A stretch of 124,000 bases of DNA from Hyalangium minutum (GTDB lineage Bacteria; Myxococcota; Myxococcia; Myxococcales; Myxococcaceae). The position numbers were made by a program, and so were the translations under genes. Positions 90,468 to 105,600 of the stretch are shown here, one piece after another; position 1 is the first letter of the stretch, and each line of letters begins with the position of its first letter. The notes under the pieces were generated by a model. It did not search any database. It was not told where the DNA came from and saw nothing but the letters and a program-made list of their open reading frames with translations. The stretch spans positions 144,001 through 268,000 of the forward strand of contig NZ_JMCB01000004.1 in NCBI RefSeq assembly GCF_000737315.1, in the 5' to 3' direction.

Positions 90468-93400
90468 GCAACCCCCGCGACAACATGAGCGGTCTCAGCC
90501 TCGAGGAGAAGCGCAAGCTCCTCGCGGAGCTCCTGGCGAAGTCGGGGAAGGGCGCTCCCCGCATCTTTCCACTCGCCTCGGGACAAAAGGCCCTATGGCT
90601 CCTGCAGCAGCAGGAGCCGGAGGGCGCTGCCTACAACACGCCCTTCGCGCTCCGCATTCGATCCCCGATCGAGGTGGGGGCCTTGAAGCGCGCCTTCGAG
90701 ATGGTGGCCGCGCGCCACCCGGGCCTGCGAACCACGGTCTCCTCGACCGCGGATGGGCAGCTCCTCCAGACGAGCCACCCCGTGCTCGAGCCGCACTTCG
90801 CTCACATCGATGCGACGAGTTGGAGCGCCGAGCAGCTCCAGGCCGCGGTCGTTCGCGCCTACCGCCAGCCGTTCTCCCTGGAGCGGGGTCCGCTCTTCCG
90901 GGGCGATCTGTTCAGCGCTCGGCCTGATGACCATGTGCTCCTGATCACGGTGCACCACATCGTCTACGACGGGTGGTCGGCGGGGATCGTCCAGCAAGAG
91001 CTCACGCAGATCTATCAGGCGCTCTCGCGGGGAGAGCAGCCGTCGCTGGCGCCCGTCACGGGCAGCTATGCCGACTTCGTCGCGCAGCAGGCGGAGATGC
91101 TCTCGGGGGCGGTGGGGCGCAAGCACTGGGAGTACTGGCAGAAGAAGCTCTCCGGCGAGCTGCCCGTCCTCGCGCTCCCCGCGGATCGAAGCCGATCGGC
91201 CCTCGCGGCGAACCGGAGCGGCGCGTGCTCACTCAGGCTCCAGCCCGAGCTGACGAACCGGATCAAAGAGCTCGCGCAGAGCGCAGAGGCCACCCCCTTC
91301 GTCGTGCTCTTGTCCGCCTACGCCGCCCTGCTCGGGCGCCTGTCCCGGCAGGAGGACATCCTGATCGGCTCCCCGACGGCCGGGCGCCCGGACGCTGCCT
91401 CTCATGGTGTGGTGGGCTACTTCGCCAACGCCGTGGCACTTCGAGCGGATCTCTCCGGCGCTCCCTCCTCCCGGAAGCTGATCGCGCGGCTGCGCGACGT
91501 GGTGCACGAGGCGCTGGAGAACCAGGACTTCCCGTTCGCGTCGCTGGTGGAGCGGTTGGGGATTGCGCGCAGCCCTGGCGTGTCGCCCATCTTCCAGGCG
91601 TCCATGACCTTCCACTCCTCTCGCGAGGGTGGAGGCGCTATGGCGCTCTGGGCCACGCCGGATGAGGAGGCCCGCGTCCGGTGGGGGCACCTGGATCTCG
91701 AGCCCTATCCGCTCAGCGAGCAGGAGACCCAGTTCGATCTCACCCTCGAGATGTGGGAGGCCCGCGGCGCGTTCTCCGGCGCGTTGCGCTTCAACCGTGC
91801 GCTCTTCAATGACAGCACGGTGGCCCTGTGGCGAGGCTACTTCGAGAAGCTCCTCGAGCAGATGGTGCGCGCTCCGGATGAGCCGATTGCCCGGCTGGCG
91901 CTGGCAGAGCCCGTCACGGCCGCGCAGGTCCAGGGTGGCACGCAGCCCGTGAGCCAGCCAGATCGCGCTGGCGGGAGCACCATCACCGGTTGGTTCGAGG
92001 CACAGGCCGCGCGAAGCCCAGACGCGGTCGCGCTCAGCTTCGGGGACGTGCACCTCGACTACGCCGAGCTCAACGCCCGCGCGAACGTCCTGGCCCATGA
92101 GCTTCGAAGCCGTGGCGTTGGCCCCGAGTCCCTGGTGGGCGTCTGTGTCGAGCGGAGTGCGGAGCTGGTCATCGCCATCCTGGGCGTGCTCAAGGCCGGC
92201 GGGGCCTATGTCCCGCTGGATCCGGCCAGCCCGCGTGAGCGGCTCGCGCTGATCCTCGAGGACGCGGAAGTCTCCGCGCTCGTCACCGAGACCCGGCGCA
92301 GCGGCGAGCTTCCCACGGAGAAGGTGTCCACGATCTTCGTGGACGCGCTCCAGTGGCAGGGTGGGCAGCGGGCGCCGAATCCGGAGCCTGGCGTCACGCC
92401 GGACAACGCCGCCTATGTCATCTACACCTCCGGATCCACCGGGCGCCCCAAGGGCGTGATCGTCACCCACTCCAACGCCACGCGCCTGTTCACCACGACG
92501 GAGGCGCTCTTTGGTTTCGGGCCGGAGGACGTCTGGACGCTGTTCCACTCCGCCGCTTTCGACTTCTCTGTCTGGGAACTCTGGGGACCGCTCTTCTATG
92601 GCGGCCGCCTGGTCGTCGTCCCTCACTGGATGACCCGCTCCCCCGAGGCCTTCGGCGAGCTCATTGCCCGTGAAGGGGTGACGGTCCTCAACCAGACGCC
92701 CTCCGCATTCCGAGCGCTCGTCCGGGCGCCCTCGATCGATGACGGGCAGGGCGGCCGAGGGCTCAAGTGGATCATCTTCGGCGGTGAAGCGCTCGACGCA
92801 GCGACCGTCCGTCCATGGTTCGAGCGGTATCCGGGCGCGGACACGCAGCTCATCAACATGTATGGCATCACCGAGACCACGGTGCATGTCACGTATCACC
92901 GGGTCACCGAGGCGGACCTCACGTCCGCGGCGAGCCCGATCGGCTGCCCCATCCCGGATCTCACGATCCGCCTGCTCGATGAGCACGGCCAGCCCGTTCC
93001 GGACGGCGTCCCGGGGGAGATGTATGTCGGTGGAGCGGGAGTCGCGAGGGGGTATCTCAAGCGGCCGGAGCTCACCGCCAAGCGCTTCATCGAGGACCCG
93101 GACTCCCCTGGAGCGCGCCTCTACCGCTCGGGCGACCTCGCCATCCGCCAACCGGATGGCACCTTCACGTACCTCGGCCGCATTGACGATCAGGTCAAGA
93201 TCCGCGGCTTCCGCATCGAGCTCGGCGAGATCCAGTCGGTGATCGCCCTCCATCCGGCCGTCGCCGAAGCCTACGTCACCACCTACGAGCGGAGCGCGGA
93301 CGACCGGCGGATCGCCGCCTACGTGGTGCCCAGGCAAGGCGCGGCGGAGATGCTCCTCTCCTCCAGCGCGGACGGGGGAATCGGTGACACCCACGTCGGT

Positions 93401-96400
93401 GAGTGGAAGGCGCTCTACGACGAGATCTACGCGCGCTCCGTGGGTGAGGCCCAGACGGATCCTGGCTTCAACATCGCAGGCTGGAACAGCAGCTACTCTG
93501 GCGCGCCGCTCAGCGCCGAGGCCATGAAGGAGTGGGTCAACCACACCGTTGCGCAGCTCCTCGAGCGGAAGCCGTCGCGGGTGCTCGAGATCGGATGCGG
93601 GACCGGCCTCCTGCTCACGCGGATCGCGCCCTCCACGACCGCGTACTGGGCGACGGACGTCTCGGGGGTCGTGGTCGACATGCTCCGAGGGGTGACGAAG
93701 AAGACCCCGGGCCTCGAGCATGCGCGGCTCTTCCACTGTGCCGCGGACCAGCTTCAGAGCATCGACTTCGGCAGCGAGCGCTTCGAGGCGGTGATCTTGA
93801 ACTCGGTGGTCCAGTACTTCCCGAGCGCGGAGTACCTCGCCCGGGCACTGGAGTCCGCCTCTGCGCGCGTGAGCACGGGAGGATTCATCTTCGTCGGGGA
93901 CGTGCGGAACCTCCGTCTGCTCGAGGCGTTCCATGCGTCGATCGTCCTGGCCCAGAGCTCGGGCACGCTCGAGCCCCACACGTTAAAGGGGCGCGTGGCG
94001 CGGCGGATGGCTGGAGAGGAAGAACTGGTCCTCGATCCGGGCTTCTTCTGGGCCTTGAAGCAGCGCATCCCTCGGCTGAGCCATGTCGAGATCCGCCCGA
94101 AGCGTGGTGATTGCCTGAATGAGCTCACCCGCTTCCGCTACGATGTGCTCCTCCACCTGGACACCGCACCGGCCCCCGCAGCCGACGTGGTCTGGGGCCC
94201 GGGCAACGTCAGCCTGCTGGAGCTGCGTGCGCGCCTCGGCCAGGCAGGCACCCGGCGCATCGGTCTGCGCGGCATCCGGAATGCCCGCGTCGAGGCGGCC
94301 CTCGAGGCCTTGGCGAGCCTGAGCGATCAGGCCCCAGCGAAGCCAGGCTCGTTCGAGAAGCTCCGCCGCCGCCTGTTGGATCGCGACGGCTCGGTCCCCG
94401 CCAGCGAGCCCGAGCCCGGGATCGATCCCATGGCCCTCGAGCAGCTTGCCAGGGAGACTTCGTGCACTGTCAGCCTGGACTGGTCTCGTGGCGGTGTGGA
94501 CGGCTCCTTCGACGCGGTCTTCACCGCAGCCGCAGACCTCTCCGGCAAGCCCATCGCGCTCTTCGGGGCAGCGCCCGAGGCAGTACCGGGTGCTCGCCAC
94601 GCCAATGATCCCCTCCGCGGGCGCCTGGAGCGCCGCCTGGAGAGCGACCTTCGGAAGAGGGCGCAGGAGCACCTGCCGGACTACATGGTGCCGGCGAGCA
94701 TCATGGTGATCGACGAGATCCCGCTGACCGGGAACGGCAAGGTGAACCGGCGCGCCCTGCCGGTCCCCGCGGCTCCGCAGGGCCTGGACACCGCGTACGT
94801 CGAGCCCAGGACCGGTGAAGAAGAGATCCTGGTGAGCATCTTCGCCGAGCTGCTCGGCGCGGAGCGGGTGGGCGTGCACGAGAGCTTCTTCGACCTGGGA
94901 GGCCACTCGCTCCTGGCCACGCAGGTGGTCTCGCGCGTCCGCGCCGTCTTCGGAGTCGATGTTCCGCTGCGCACGCTCTTTGACAGCCCGACCGTCGGGG
95001 GACTCGCGACGGCGGTGCAGCAGTTGCGCAAGCGCTCGGGCTCCGCGGCGCTCGACTTCACCTCGCCGATGGAGCGGCCGCCTCAGATCCCGCTCTCCTC
95101 CTCGCAGGAGCGGCTGTGGATCCTCGACCGCATCGTGGAGACGCGGGCGCCCATCTACGTCATCCCCCTGGTGCTTCGGCTCCGCGGTCCGCTCGACCAG
95201 GAGGCGCTCCGTCAGAGCCTTGACGGGATCATCCAGCGCCACGAGGTGCTGCGCACCCGCTTCGCCATGGTGGGCGGCCAGGCCGTTCAGGAGATCGCCG
95301 AGGAGCTGCACGCCGAGCTCCCGCCGGCCGAGGAGCTCGGCTACCACCCGGGGGCCACCGAGGCGGAGATCTCGAGGCTCATTCAAGATGAGGTGGGGCT
95401 CGAGGTCTCCCGCCCGTTCGATCTCGAGCGCGGCCCGCTGATCCGGATGCGCCTCTTCCGCATCGCGGAGGGCGACCACGTGCTCGTCCTCACGATGCAC
95501 CACATCGTCTCCGACGGCTGGTCCGTGGGGATCCTCGCGCGTGAGCTCTCGGCGGGCTACAACGCGCGCCGCTCGCAGCGCGAGCTGGTGTTGCCAGCGC
95601 TCCCGGTTCAGTACGCGGACTTCGCCCTCTGGCAGCGGCAGCTCCTGAAGGACGGCGCGCTCGCCGAGTCCATCGAGGCCCACAAGCAGCGGATCGCCGG
95701 GGCGCCCACGTCCCTCAACCTCCCCGCGGATCGGCCTCGGCCGGAGACCCCCTCGTACCGGGGCGGCGTGGTCCGCTTCATGGTGGATCGTGGCCTCTCG
95801 ACACGCCTCAAGGAGATGAGTCGCCGCGAGGGTTCCACGCTGTACATGACCTTGCTGACCGCCTTCGCGGCCTACCTCTCGCGCCTGAGCGGCCAGAAGG
95901 ATCTGATCATCGGCTCGCCCGTGGCGAACCGGAACCGCGCCGCGACGGAGCCGCTGATCGGCTTCTTCGTCAACACGCTCGCGCTCAGGATGGACCTGTC
96001 GGGAGACCCGACCTTCCTGGAGCTGCTGGCGCGCGTCCGGCGCACGGCGCTCGACGCGTATGCGGACCAGGATGTGCCCTTCGAGAAGTTGGTGGAGGTC
96101 GCCGCGCCTGAGCGGAGCCTCAGCCGCCAGCCCCTGGTCCAGGTGATGTTCGCGCTCCAGAACGCGCCGTTCTCGCCTCCTGCGCTCGATGGCCTCCACG
96201 TGGAGCCCCTGGAACTGGACAGCATCACCGCCAAGTTCGATCTGACGCTGTCCATGCAGGAGTCCGCGGACGGCTTGACGGGCCTCCTCGAGTACAGCGC
96301 GGAGCTGTTCGACCGGGAGCGCATCGAGCGGATGGCCGAGCACCTCGTGGTGTTCCTGCGTGCGGCGGTCGAGCAGCCGCAGCGGCATGTGCACGCGTTC

Positions 96401-99400
96401 GACCTCCTCGGTGCGCGTGAGGCCGGACTGCTGGCGGAGTGGGCCGAGGGCCCTGACGCCCCGCCCGCCCCCGGCTCGGTGGTGGAGCTGTTCCAGGCCC
96501 AGGCCCGGAGCACTCCGGACGCGATTGCGCTCGAGCAAGGGGACGTCAGCCTCAGCTACGCGGAGCTCGATCAGCGCTCCACACGCCTGGCGAGGCACCT
96601 CGTCTCGCTGGGCCTGGGGCCGGAGAAGCGGGCCGCGCTCTGCCTGCCGAAAAGCATCGAGTTCATCGTCTCCGTGCTGGGCGTGTGGAAGGCCGGTGGG
96701 GCGTATGTCCCGCTCGATCCGGAGTACCCCGAGGCGCGCCTCAGCCACATGCTGGAGGACTCGGGCGCGGAGCTCCTGCTCACGGTGCGCGCGTTGGGCG
96801 AGCGGCCGGGCTTCCGAGGGAAGACGCTCTGGATGGACGAGGCGCTGCCCGACCTTGCGGAGCCGTCCACCCTGGCGCCCCCGAGCGGCGGCTCGATGGC
96901 CTACATCATCTATACCTCGGGCTCGACGGGGAAGCCGAAGGGCGTGGTGCTGGAGCACCGAGGGGTCTCGAACATCGCCGTCGCCTCACGGGAGCTGCTC
97001 TCGCTCACCCCGGACAGCAGGGTCCTCCAGGCGGCCTCCACGTCCTTCGATGTCTCGGTCTGGGACTTCGTGATGGCGTTCGCGAGCGGTGCCCGGCTGG
97101 TGCTGCCCGTCGACGAGACTTCGAAGGCCGGCGAGGGCCAGGCGGCGCTGCTGCGGGAGAAGCGCATCACCCACGTGTGCCTGACGGCGTCGGCGATCGC
97201 AGCGCTGCCCGAGGGCCCGTATCCCGACCTTCGCGTGCTCACCACCGCCGGAGAGGCCTGCCCCGCCGAGCTGGTGAAGAAGTGGGCCACGGAGTCCCGG
97301 CGCTTCATCAATGCCTACGGCCCGACGGAGACGACCATCATCGCGACCCTTACGGGCCTCCGGAAGGGCGATACGGGCGCTCCGCCCATCGGCCGTCCTC
97401 TGCCGGGACTGGTGGCACGGATCCTCGACGCCCATCAGCACCAGGTGCCCATCGGGGTCCCCGGCGAGCTGTACGTGGGGGGGCTCGCCGTTGCACGCGG
97501 GTATCACAGGCTCGAGGAGCTCACCCGTGAGCGCTTCGTCCGGGATCCGTTCTCGAGCAGCCCCGACGCCCGGCTCTATCGCACGGGCGATCTCGCGCGC
97601 TGGAGGAACGACGGCAACATCGACTTCCTCGGCCGCCTCGACCACCAGGTGAAGCTCCGGGGCTTCCGGATCGAGCTGGGTGAGGTGGAAGCGGTCATCG
97701 ACAGCCATCCGGGAGTCCAGCGTTCGCTCGTCATCGTCTACAAAGGTCAGCTCGCCGCCTACGTCGCGAACCGCGGCGGAGCTCCTCTCACGGTCCATGC
97801 TCTCCGTGAGCACGCGAAGAGCCAGCTGCCCAGCTACATGGTGCCTGCGCACTTCATCCTCCTCGATGCGTTCCCCCTGACGCCGAGTGGGAAGATTGAT
97901 CGCAAGAAGCTGTCGGATCCCGTGGAGGCCCAGGAGCCCGTCGTCTTCGCCGCACCCCAGTCTCGCGAGGAGCAGATCCTCGCGGAGATCTGGGCCACGG
98001 TGCTGAAGAAGAAGTCGGTCGGAGCCCACGACAACTTCTTCGCGCTCGGAGGGGACTCGATCCTGGGCCTGCAGATCATCTCTCGCGCCACCCAGCAGGG
98101 GCTGCGCCTGAGGCCGCGTCAACTCTTCGAGCATCAGACGATCGCGGAGCTGGCCCGAGTGGCTTCCAGCGCCCGGGTGCTCCACGCCGAGCAAGGCAAG
98201 GTGGCGGGGAGCGCGCCGCTCACGCCCATCCAGCGCTGGTTCTTCGAGCAGGAGCGCGTCGAGCCGCAGCACTTCAACATGGCGGTGTTGGTCGACATCG
98301 ATCCAGGCATCGATCTCGCCGTGCTCCGCCGCGCGCTCGACGCGGTGGAGCTCCACCATGACGCGCTCCGGCTCCGCTTCCGCCGGGACGGCACGGCCTG
98401 GAGCCAGTACCACGCGGAAGGCGAGGCCCTGGGCATCCCCCTGGAGGAGCTGGACGTCGCTGGGAGCGACGCCGTGGAGGGAGCGCTCGCCAGGGTCCAT
98501 GGATCCCTTGATCTCGAGCGTGGCCCGCTCATGCGCGCCGCGCTCCTGCGCCTGGGTCCCGGCTCCGCGCGGCTCGCCCTGGTGGCCCACCACCTGGTGG
98601 TGGACGCCGTCTCGTGGGGCTTCATCCTCGAGGATCTGCTGACCGTGTACACCCAGCTCTCGAGCGGTCAGGCGATCGGGCTCCAGCCGAAGACCACGTC
98701 CTTCCAGCACTGGGCGAAGCGCCTCGAGGCCTACGCCGAGTCGCCGAACGCCCGGTCCGAGTTCGATGCGTGGCTCGCCGCCTCCCAACGTGACGCCGCG
98801 CATGAGTTCCCGCTGAACGATCCCACCGCCTCGGACACGGTCGCCGAGGCCTCCCGGCTCGTGTCCCGGCTCGAGGTGGACGAGACGCTGCTGCTGATGA
98901 ACGAGGTGCCCAAAGCCTACGATGTCCAGGTCAACGAGGCGCTGATCGCCGCGCTGGCCCGGACGCTCTCGGTCTGGACCGGCCACAGCACCGTCCGGAT
99001 GGATCTGGAAGGCTACGGGCGAGAGTTCCTGTTCGAGGACGTCGATGTGAGCCGCACGGTGGGGTGGTTCACCGCGCTCTTCCCGCTGCGCCTGCACGTC
99101 GGCGCCAAGGAGAACATGCGAGAGGCGCTCGCCCGCGCGAAGGATGCCCTCCGCCGCATCCCTCGAGGCGGGGCCGGCTATGGAGTCCTCCGCTACCTGT
99201 CCACGGACCCGTCGATCCGCTCGAGGCTCGAGGCCGTCGGGCATGCCGGGATCGTCTTCAATTACCTCGGGCAGATGGGCACCATCCCGGCGCACGGCGT
99301 GCTCCGCGGCGCCGCCAAGGAAGGCCTGGGCCCTCTCCACTCCCCGGGCGCCGCCAGGCCCCACCGCATCGAGCTCAACGCCGTCGTCGAGGCGGGGCAA

Positions 99401-99613
99401 GTCCTGCGTCTCGACTGGACCTTCGGCTCCAAGGTCCTCCGCAAGGAGACCCTCGAGAGCCTGAACCAGGCGTTCATCTCCAACATCCGCGAGCTGATCC
99501 GTGACCGCGCGCAGCCGGCCGCCACGGTCCGTGTGGCCGCGGACTTCCCCGCCGCGCGCCTGAGTGCCAAGGACCTGAAGAACGTCCTCAAGCAGACGAA
99601 GAAGCCGCGATGA
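90464..99613 (+). CDS. mchB: NRPS C-A(Thr)-NMT-PCP-C-A-PCP-E
   Basis: A1 code read by eye DFWNIGMVHK (Thr); inserted VLEIGCGTG MT; A2 DVWCTAAIIK; GGDSI PCP and HHLVVDAVSW E domain. Confidence 0.85.
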
Positions 99614-99647
99614 ATCCCGTGAAAGGTGAGGCAGTGAGGACCGTGTC

Positions 99648-102600
99648 ATGACCGAGGCCGAGTTGATCGAGGACATCTACGAGCTCGCGCCCATGCAACA
99701 CGGGTTGCTCTTCCACTCGCTGCTGGAGCCCAGCGCGGGCATGTACGTGGAGCAGTTGAGCTGCGAGCTGCGGGGCAGGCTGTCGCTCGATCAATGGAAG
99801 GCGGCCTGGCAGCACGTCCTCGCGCGGCACGCCATCCTGCGCTCCTCCTTCCTCTGGGAAGGGCTCGAGAAGCCCGTCCAGGTCGTGGCGAAGGAGGCAG
99901 AGCTCCCATGGCATCTCGAGGATCTGCGAGGCGCCACCCGGGAGGAGCAGGAGCGCCGCATCGAGAGCTTCCTGAACGAGGATCGTCTCCGGGGATTCGA
100001 GCTGGCCTCCCCGCCGCTGCTCCGGTGCGCGCTGCTCCGGCTGGGCGAGGAGCACTACCGCTTCGTGTGGACCTACCACCACCTCTTGCTGGACGGGTGG
100101 TGCTTCGCGATCGTCCTCCGCGAGGTGTTGGAGTCCTTCGCGGGGGGACTCGAGTCCCTGCCGCCACCGGCGCGCCCCTACCGCGACTACATCACCTGGC
100201 TCCAGGAGCAGGATCCCACCCGCGCTGAGAGCTTCTGGCGCGAGCTCCTGCGTGGCTTCGAGCAGCCCACGCCGCTGCCCTTCATGGAGCGCCGGCAGGC
100301 CAGCAAGTCCGCCCACGGTGCGCAGCCCGAGGTCGTCAAGCACCTGCCGCGGGAGCTCACGGCTCGCCTGGCCACGTTCGCCAAGGAGCATCGGCTGACG
100401 CTCAACACGCTCGTCCAGGGCGCCTGGGGGCTCCTCCTGGGGCGGACGACGGGCACGGACGACGTCATCTTCGGTGTCACCGTCTCCGGCCGCCCCTCGG
100501 AGCTGGCCGGCTCCGAGTCCATCGTCGGGCTCTTCATCAACACCGTGCCGCTGCGGGCGCGGCTGGATGGCTCCGCGACGATCCCCGCGTTCCTGTCGGC
100601 CCTGCAGGCCCAGCAGAGCTCCTTCGAGCCCCATGTCTACGTCTCGCTCGCGGACATCCAGCTCTGGTCGGATGCACCGCATGATCGCCCGCTCTTCGAG
100701 AGCCTCCTCGTCTTCGAGAACTATCCGATCGATCGGTCGACGCTCCTCGAGCGCAGCGGTCTCGAGATCAGCTCCATCCACGCGCAGGAGCGCATCAACT
100801 ACCCTCTGGCAGTGGTCGCCATCCCCGGCGAGTCTCTCGAGCTGCGGGTGATGTACCAGGAGGACACGTTCTCGCGGGCGGCGGCCGAGCGGCTCGCACG
100901 CCTGCTCGAGACGGCGCTCGGGGCGCTCCTCACCGCGAAGACGGTCGGCGAGATCGACTTCCTGGACGAGCCGGCCCGGCGGGTGCTCGCGGAGTGGGGG
101001 CAGAACCCCCGCGTGTTCGACCATCGCGCGCCGGTGCACGAGCTCGTTGCGCTCGTGGCCCGCAGCACCCCTGGTGCGCTGGCCGTGGTGGGCGCGGACG
101101 GACAGAAGCTCACCTACCTCGAGCTCAACGAGCGCGCAGAGCGTGTCGCGCGGCGCCTCCGCCTGCTCGGCGCAGGGAGAGAGCGCATCGTCGGGGTGTG
101201 CATTGGCAGTTCCGTGGAGCGGGTGGTGGGCCTGCTGGGCGTGCTCAAGGCGGGGGCGGCCTACATGCCGCTCGATCCCAACTATCCGAGCGAGCGGCTC
101301 GCCTACCTCGTGGGCGACGCGTCCCCCACGGCGATCCTCAACGCGGGAGCGGATCCCGTCCCGGACACTCGCATCCCCCGGCTTGACGTCGCGCGAGTCT
101401 CCCTCGAGGCGGCGGCGTCCGATGCGCCCGCTCGGGACGCGTCCCACCTGGAGGATCTCGCCTACGTCATCTACACCTCCGGCTCGACTGGAGCGCCCAA
101501 GGGCGTCCTCGCCTCGCACCAGAACCTGCTCAATCTGGTCTCATGGCACACGGAGGCGTTCGGGCTCACGGCGAAGGACCGGACGACGCATCTTGCCAGC
101601 ATCGCTTTTGACGCCGCAGTCTGGGAGATCTGGCCGACGCTCGCGGCAGGCGCCACGCTTCACCTCGTCCCGCCGGAGCTGCCCGCTGCCCCTGACGAGC
101701 TCTCGCGCTGGCTGGTGGAGCGTCAGATCACGATCAGCTTCCTTCCGACGGCGGTCGCCGAGGCCGCGCTCGCGCTGCCATGGCCGGCGGATTGCTCGCT
101801 CCGCTTCATGTTGACCGGCGGCGACCGGCTCCACCTCGTGCCCCCGCCGGGTCTTCCGTTCCGGCTCGTCAACAACTACGGACCGACGGAGACGACCGTC
101901 GTCGCGACCTCCGGCATCGTCGAAGCGGAGAGCCGGAACGGCCTGCCCTCCATCGGCCGGCCGATCGCGAACGCCCGCATCTACATCCTCGACCGCATGA
102001 GGCGGCCCGTCCTCCCCGGCGTCATCGGCGAGCTGTACATCGGCGGCGCGGGTGTCACTCGAGGCTACCTGAACCGGCCCGAGCTGAGCGCCTCCCGGTT
102101 CTTCCCTGATCCCTTCTCGGACGCACCCGCGGCGCGCATGTACGCGAGCGGAGATCTCGCGCAGTTCCGCGCGGATGGGACCCTCGCGTTCCACGGCCGT
102201 GTGGACCGTCAGGTCCAGGTGCGAGGTGTCCGCGTGGAGCCCGGGGAGATCGAGGCCGTCCTGGCCGAGTACCCGGGCGTCAGCGCTGCCGCCGTGGTGG
102301 GGGTGGATTCACAGGGCAATGGCGACATCCGGCTGGTCGGCTTCGCGGCCTGTGCCAGTCAGAACCCGCCCGGCGCTGATGCCCTCGCGAGCTACCTGGG
102401 GGAGAAGCTGCCTGAGGTGATGGTCCCCAGACAGATCATCATCCTCAGTGAGCTCCCGCTCACGCCGAACGGCAAGGTCGACTCCGCTGCGCTCGAGGCG
102501 CGCGCACGAGAGGAGCAGGTCCACACAGAGCACATTGCCCCCAGGACTCCCCACGAGGAGATCCTCGCCGGGATCTGGAGCGCGGTGCTGGGCCAGGATC

Positions 102601-105600
102601 GGATCGGGGTCGAGGAGGACTTCTTCGCGCTGGGCGGTCACTCGCTCAAGGCGACCCAGGTCATCGCCCGCGCTCGCGAGGCCTTCGGCATCGACCTGCC
102701 GGTGCGGGCGATCTTCGAGCGAAGGACGATCGCGCTGCTGGCCGAGGCGGTCGCCGGGCATGGCGCCTCCTCGGAGCCGATCCCTCGCCTCGAGCAGTCG
102801 GGCGACGGGCCCCTGTCTCCGGGGCAGGAGAGCCTCTGGTTCATCGATGCGTTGGGCGGTAACACCGAGGCGTACAATGTGCCGCTCGTGATCCGGCTCA
102901 CCGGCACGCTCGACACCGCCGCCGTCGCCCGGGCGCTCGCGCTCCTCGTCGAGCGCCATGAGGTGCTGCGCACCACCTTCCACGAGCGCGCGGGCGTTCC
103001 CGTCCAGAGGATCGGGCCGTCTCCTGCCTCCGTGCTCTCGTCCGAGGACGTCACCCCCGAGCTCCTCGAGCGGCGGATCTCCGAGGAGATCACCACGCCC
103101 TTCTCGCTGACGACGGGGCCGTTGTTCCGGGCCCGGCTCTTCCGGCAGGCGCCCGACACGCACACCCTCGTCATCAACCAGCACCACATCATCGTGGATG
103201 CCTGGTCGGTCAGTGTCCTGCTCCGCGAGTTCTGCATCGCATACGCCGCGTTCGCGAGCGGCGAGCGGCCGGAGCTGCCGGAGCTGCCGAACCGCTACAC
103301 CGACTGGGTCGCCTGGCAGAACCAGCGCCTCGTGGCCGGCCGGCTCGAGGAGGGCCTTGCCTACTGGAGACAGACCCTGAAGGGTGCTCCCCAGGTGCTC
103401 ACGCTCCCGGGAGATCGTCCTCGCCCCACACGCCAGAGCTTCCGTGGGAAGACCCTGTCCTTCGCCCTCGAGGGCTCGATCGGCCGCCGCCTCGAGGCGC
103501 TCTCCCGAGGCTCGGGCGCATCGCTGTTCATGACGCTCCTCAGCGCCTTCGCTGCATACCTCGGCCGGCTCAGCGGCCAGGATGAGATCGTGATTGGCTC
103601 GCCCACGGCCAACCGGGACCGGCGCGAGACGGAGGGCATGGTCGGCTACTTCCTCAACACGATCGCTCTCCGCATCGATCTCTCCGAAGATCCGCCCTTC
103701 ACGGAACTCCTCCAGCGCGTGCGCAAGGCGGCGCTCGACGGCTATTCGTACCAGGACATCCCCTTCGAGAAGGTGGTCGCGGCGCTCGAGCTGCCTCGAG
103801 CCCTGTCGCACAACCCCTTGTTCCAGGTGATGTTCTCCCTCCAGGGACAGAGCGGAGGCGAGATCCAGCTTCCGGGAGTCCGCGCCACCCTGCCCACCAC
103901 CGAGAGCCCGACGTCGAAGTTCGATCTCACGCTCTTCGTCGAGCCTCGGGAGGACTCCTTCGCGTGCCTCCTCGAGTACAACACCGACATCTTCGACGAG
104001 GATCGGATCCGCCGGATGGCCACGCACCTCGTCCGGGTGCTCGAGGCCGTGGCCGAGGAGCCTGAGCTGCGCGTCTCGGAGGTCCCCCTGCTTGCCCCCG
104101 AGGAGCGGCAACTGATCGCACAGCTCGCCCAGCCGGGGCGCCTGGACGACAGCCGGACCTTGCTGGAGCTGTTCGAGCGGCAGGTCGAGAAGACGCCCGA
104201 GGCCGCCGCGCTCGAGCACCGCGGCGACGTGAGGACCTACCGTCAGCTCAGCCAGGAGGCCGAGGCCCTCGCGGTTCGACTCGCCGCCCTGGGGGCCGGC
104301 CCGGACGTCCGGGTCGCCATCTGCCTGGAGCGTTCGATCACGGCCCTGGTCTCCGTCCTCGCGGTCCTCAAGGCCGGTGCCACGTATGTCCCGCTCGAGC
104401 CCTCCGAGCCTCCCGAGCGTCTGCAGGCCATCCTCGGGGACGCGAAGGCCCGAGTCCTCATCGCGGAGAAGAAGTACCGCGACCTGAACCTACCGCCCGG
104501 CGTCGAGTTCCTCTGGATGGATGGCGGCGGAGCCCCCGCGGTGAAGGCCCCGCGGCCCAGGACGGCGTCCCACCACCTCGCCTGCGTCCTCTACGCCTCG
104601 GGATCGGGTGGCGAGCCCAAGGGCGTCGCCATGCCGCACCGGGCGCTGCTCAACCTGACCGCCTGGCACACCGCGCAGCCCCGCCCCTTGCGGACGCTCC
104701 AGTACGGCCTGCTCAACACCGGAGCCTCGCTCCAGGAGATCTTTTCGACCTGGTGCTCGGGAGGCACGCTGGTGCTTGCCGGTGATGCGAATCGGCTCGC
104801 TCCTCGCGCGCTCGTCCAACTCCTCGAAGAGGCCCGCATCCAGCGCCTCTTCCTCCCCGCGGGAGCGCTCCACCCCCTCGCGCGTGAGGCCGTGAACACC
104901 CACCGGCCGTTGCCAGACCTGGAGGAGATCATCGCCGCGGGCGAGCAGCTCCGCATCACCGATCCGATCCGCCAATGGTTCGTGGCCAGCAAGAAGAGGC
105001 TTCGCTGCCAGTACTCCGTCGCGGAGGCCTACGTCGTCGCGGCGCATGAGCTCACCGGCAGCCCCGAGAGCTGGCCGGGGCTCCCCCCCATTGGCCGGCC
105101 GATCCCCAACACGGCCATCTACTTGCTGGATACCGACCAGCGCTCAGTCCCCGTCGGCGTCCCGGGAGAGATCTATGTCTCCGGGGCCTGCCTTGCCGAT
105201 GGCTACCTGTTGCGGCCGGAGCTCACTGCGGAGCGCTTCCTCGAGCTCAGCGTCGATCCTCCCGTGCGCGCGTTCCAGACGGGCGATCTCGGGCGGCTGC
105301 GCCGGGACGGGACGGTGGAGTTCCTCGGGCGCGCTGACGGCCAGATCCTCGTCCGCGGCATTCGCGTCGAGCCCGGTGAGGTCGAGCGTGCGCTCTGCGC
105401 TCACCCCAGCATCCTGGATGCGGTGGCTGTGGCCGCCGGAGACCCCACGCGAGCGCAACGGCTCGTCGCCTATGTCACACCCGAGACCGTGCGGATCGAC
105501 GAGCTGCCCGCGTTCCTCTCGGAGCGAGTCCCCGAGTACATGGTGCCCTCGCAGTTCGTGGCGCTCCCCGAGCTGCCCCGAACGCCGGGAGGCAAGCTGG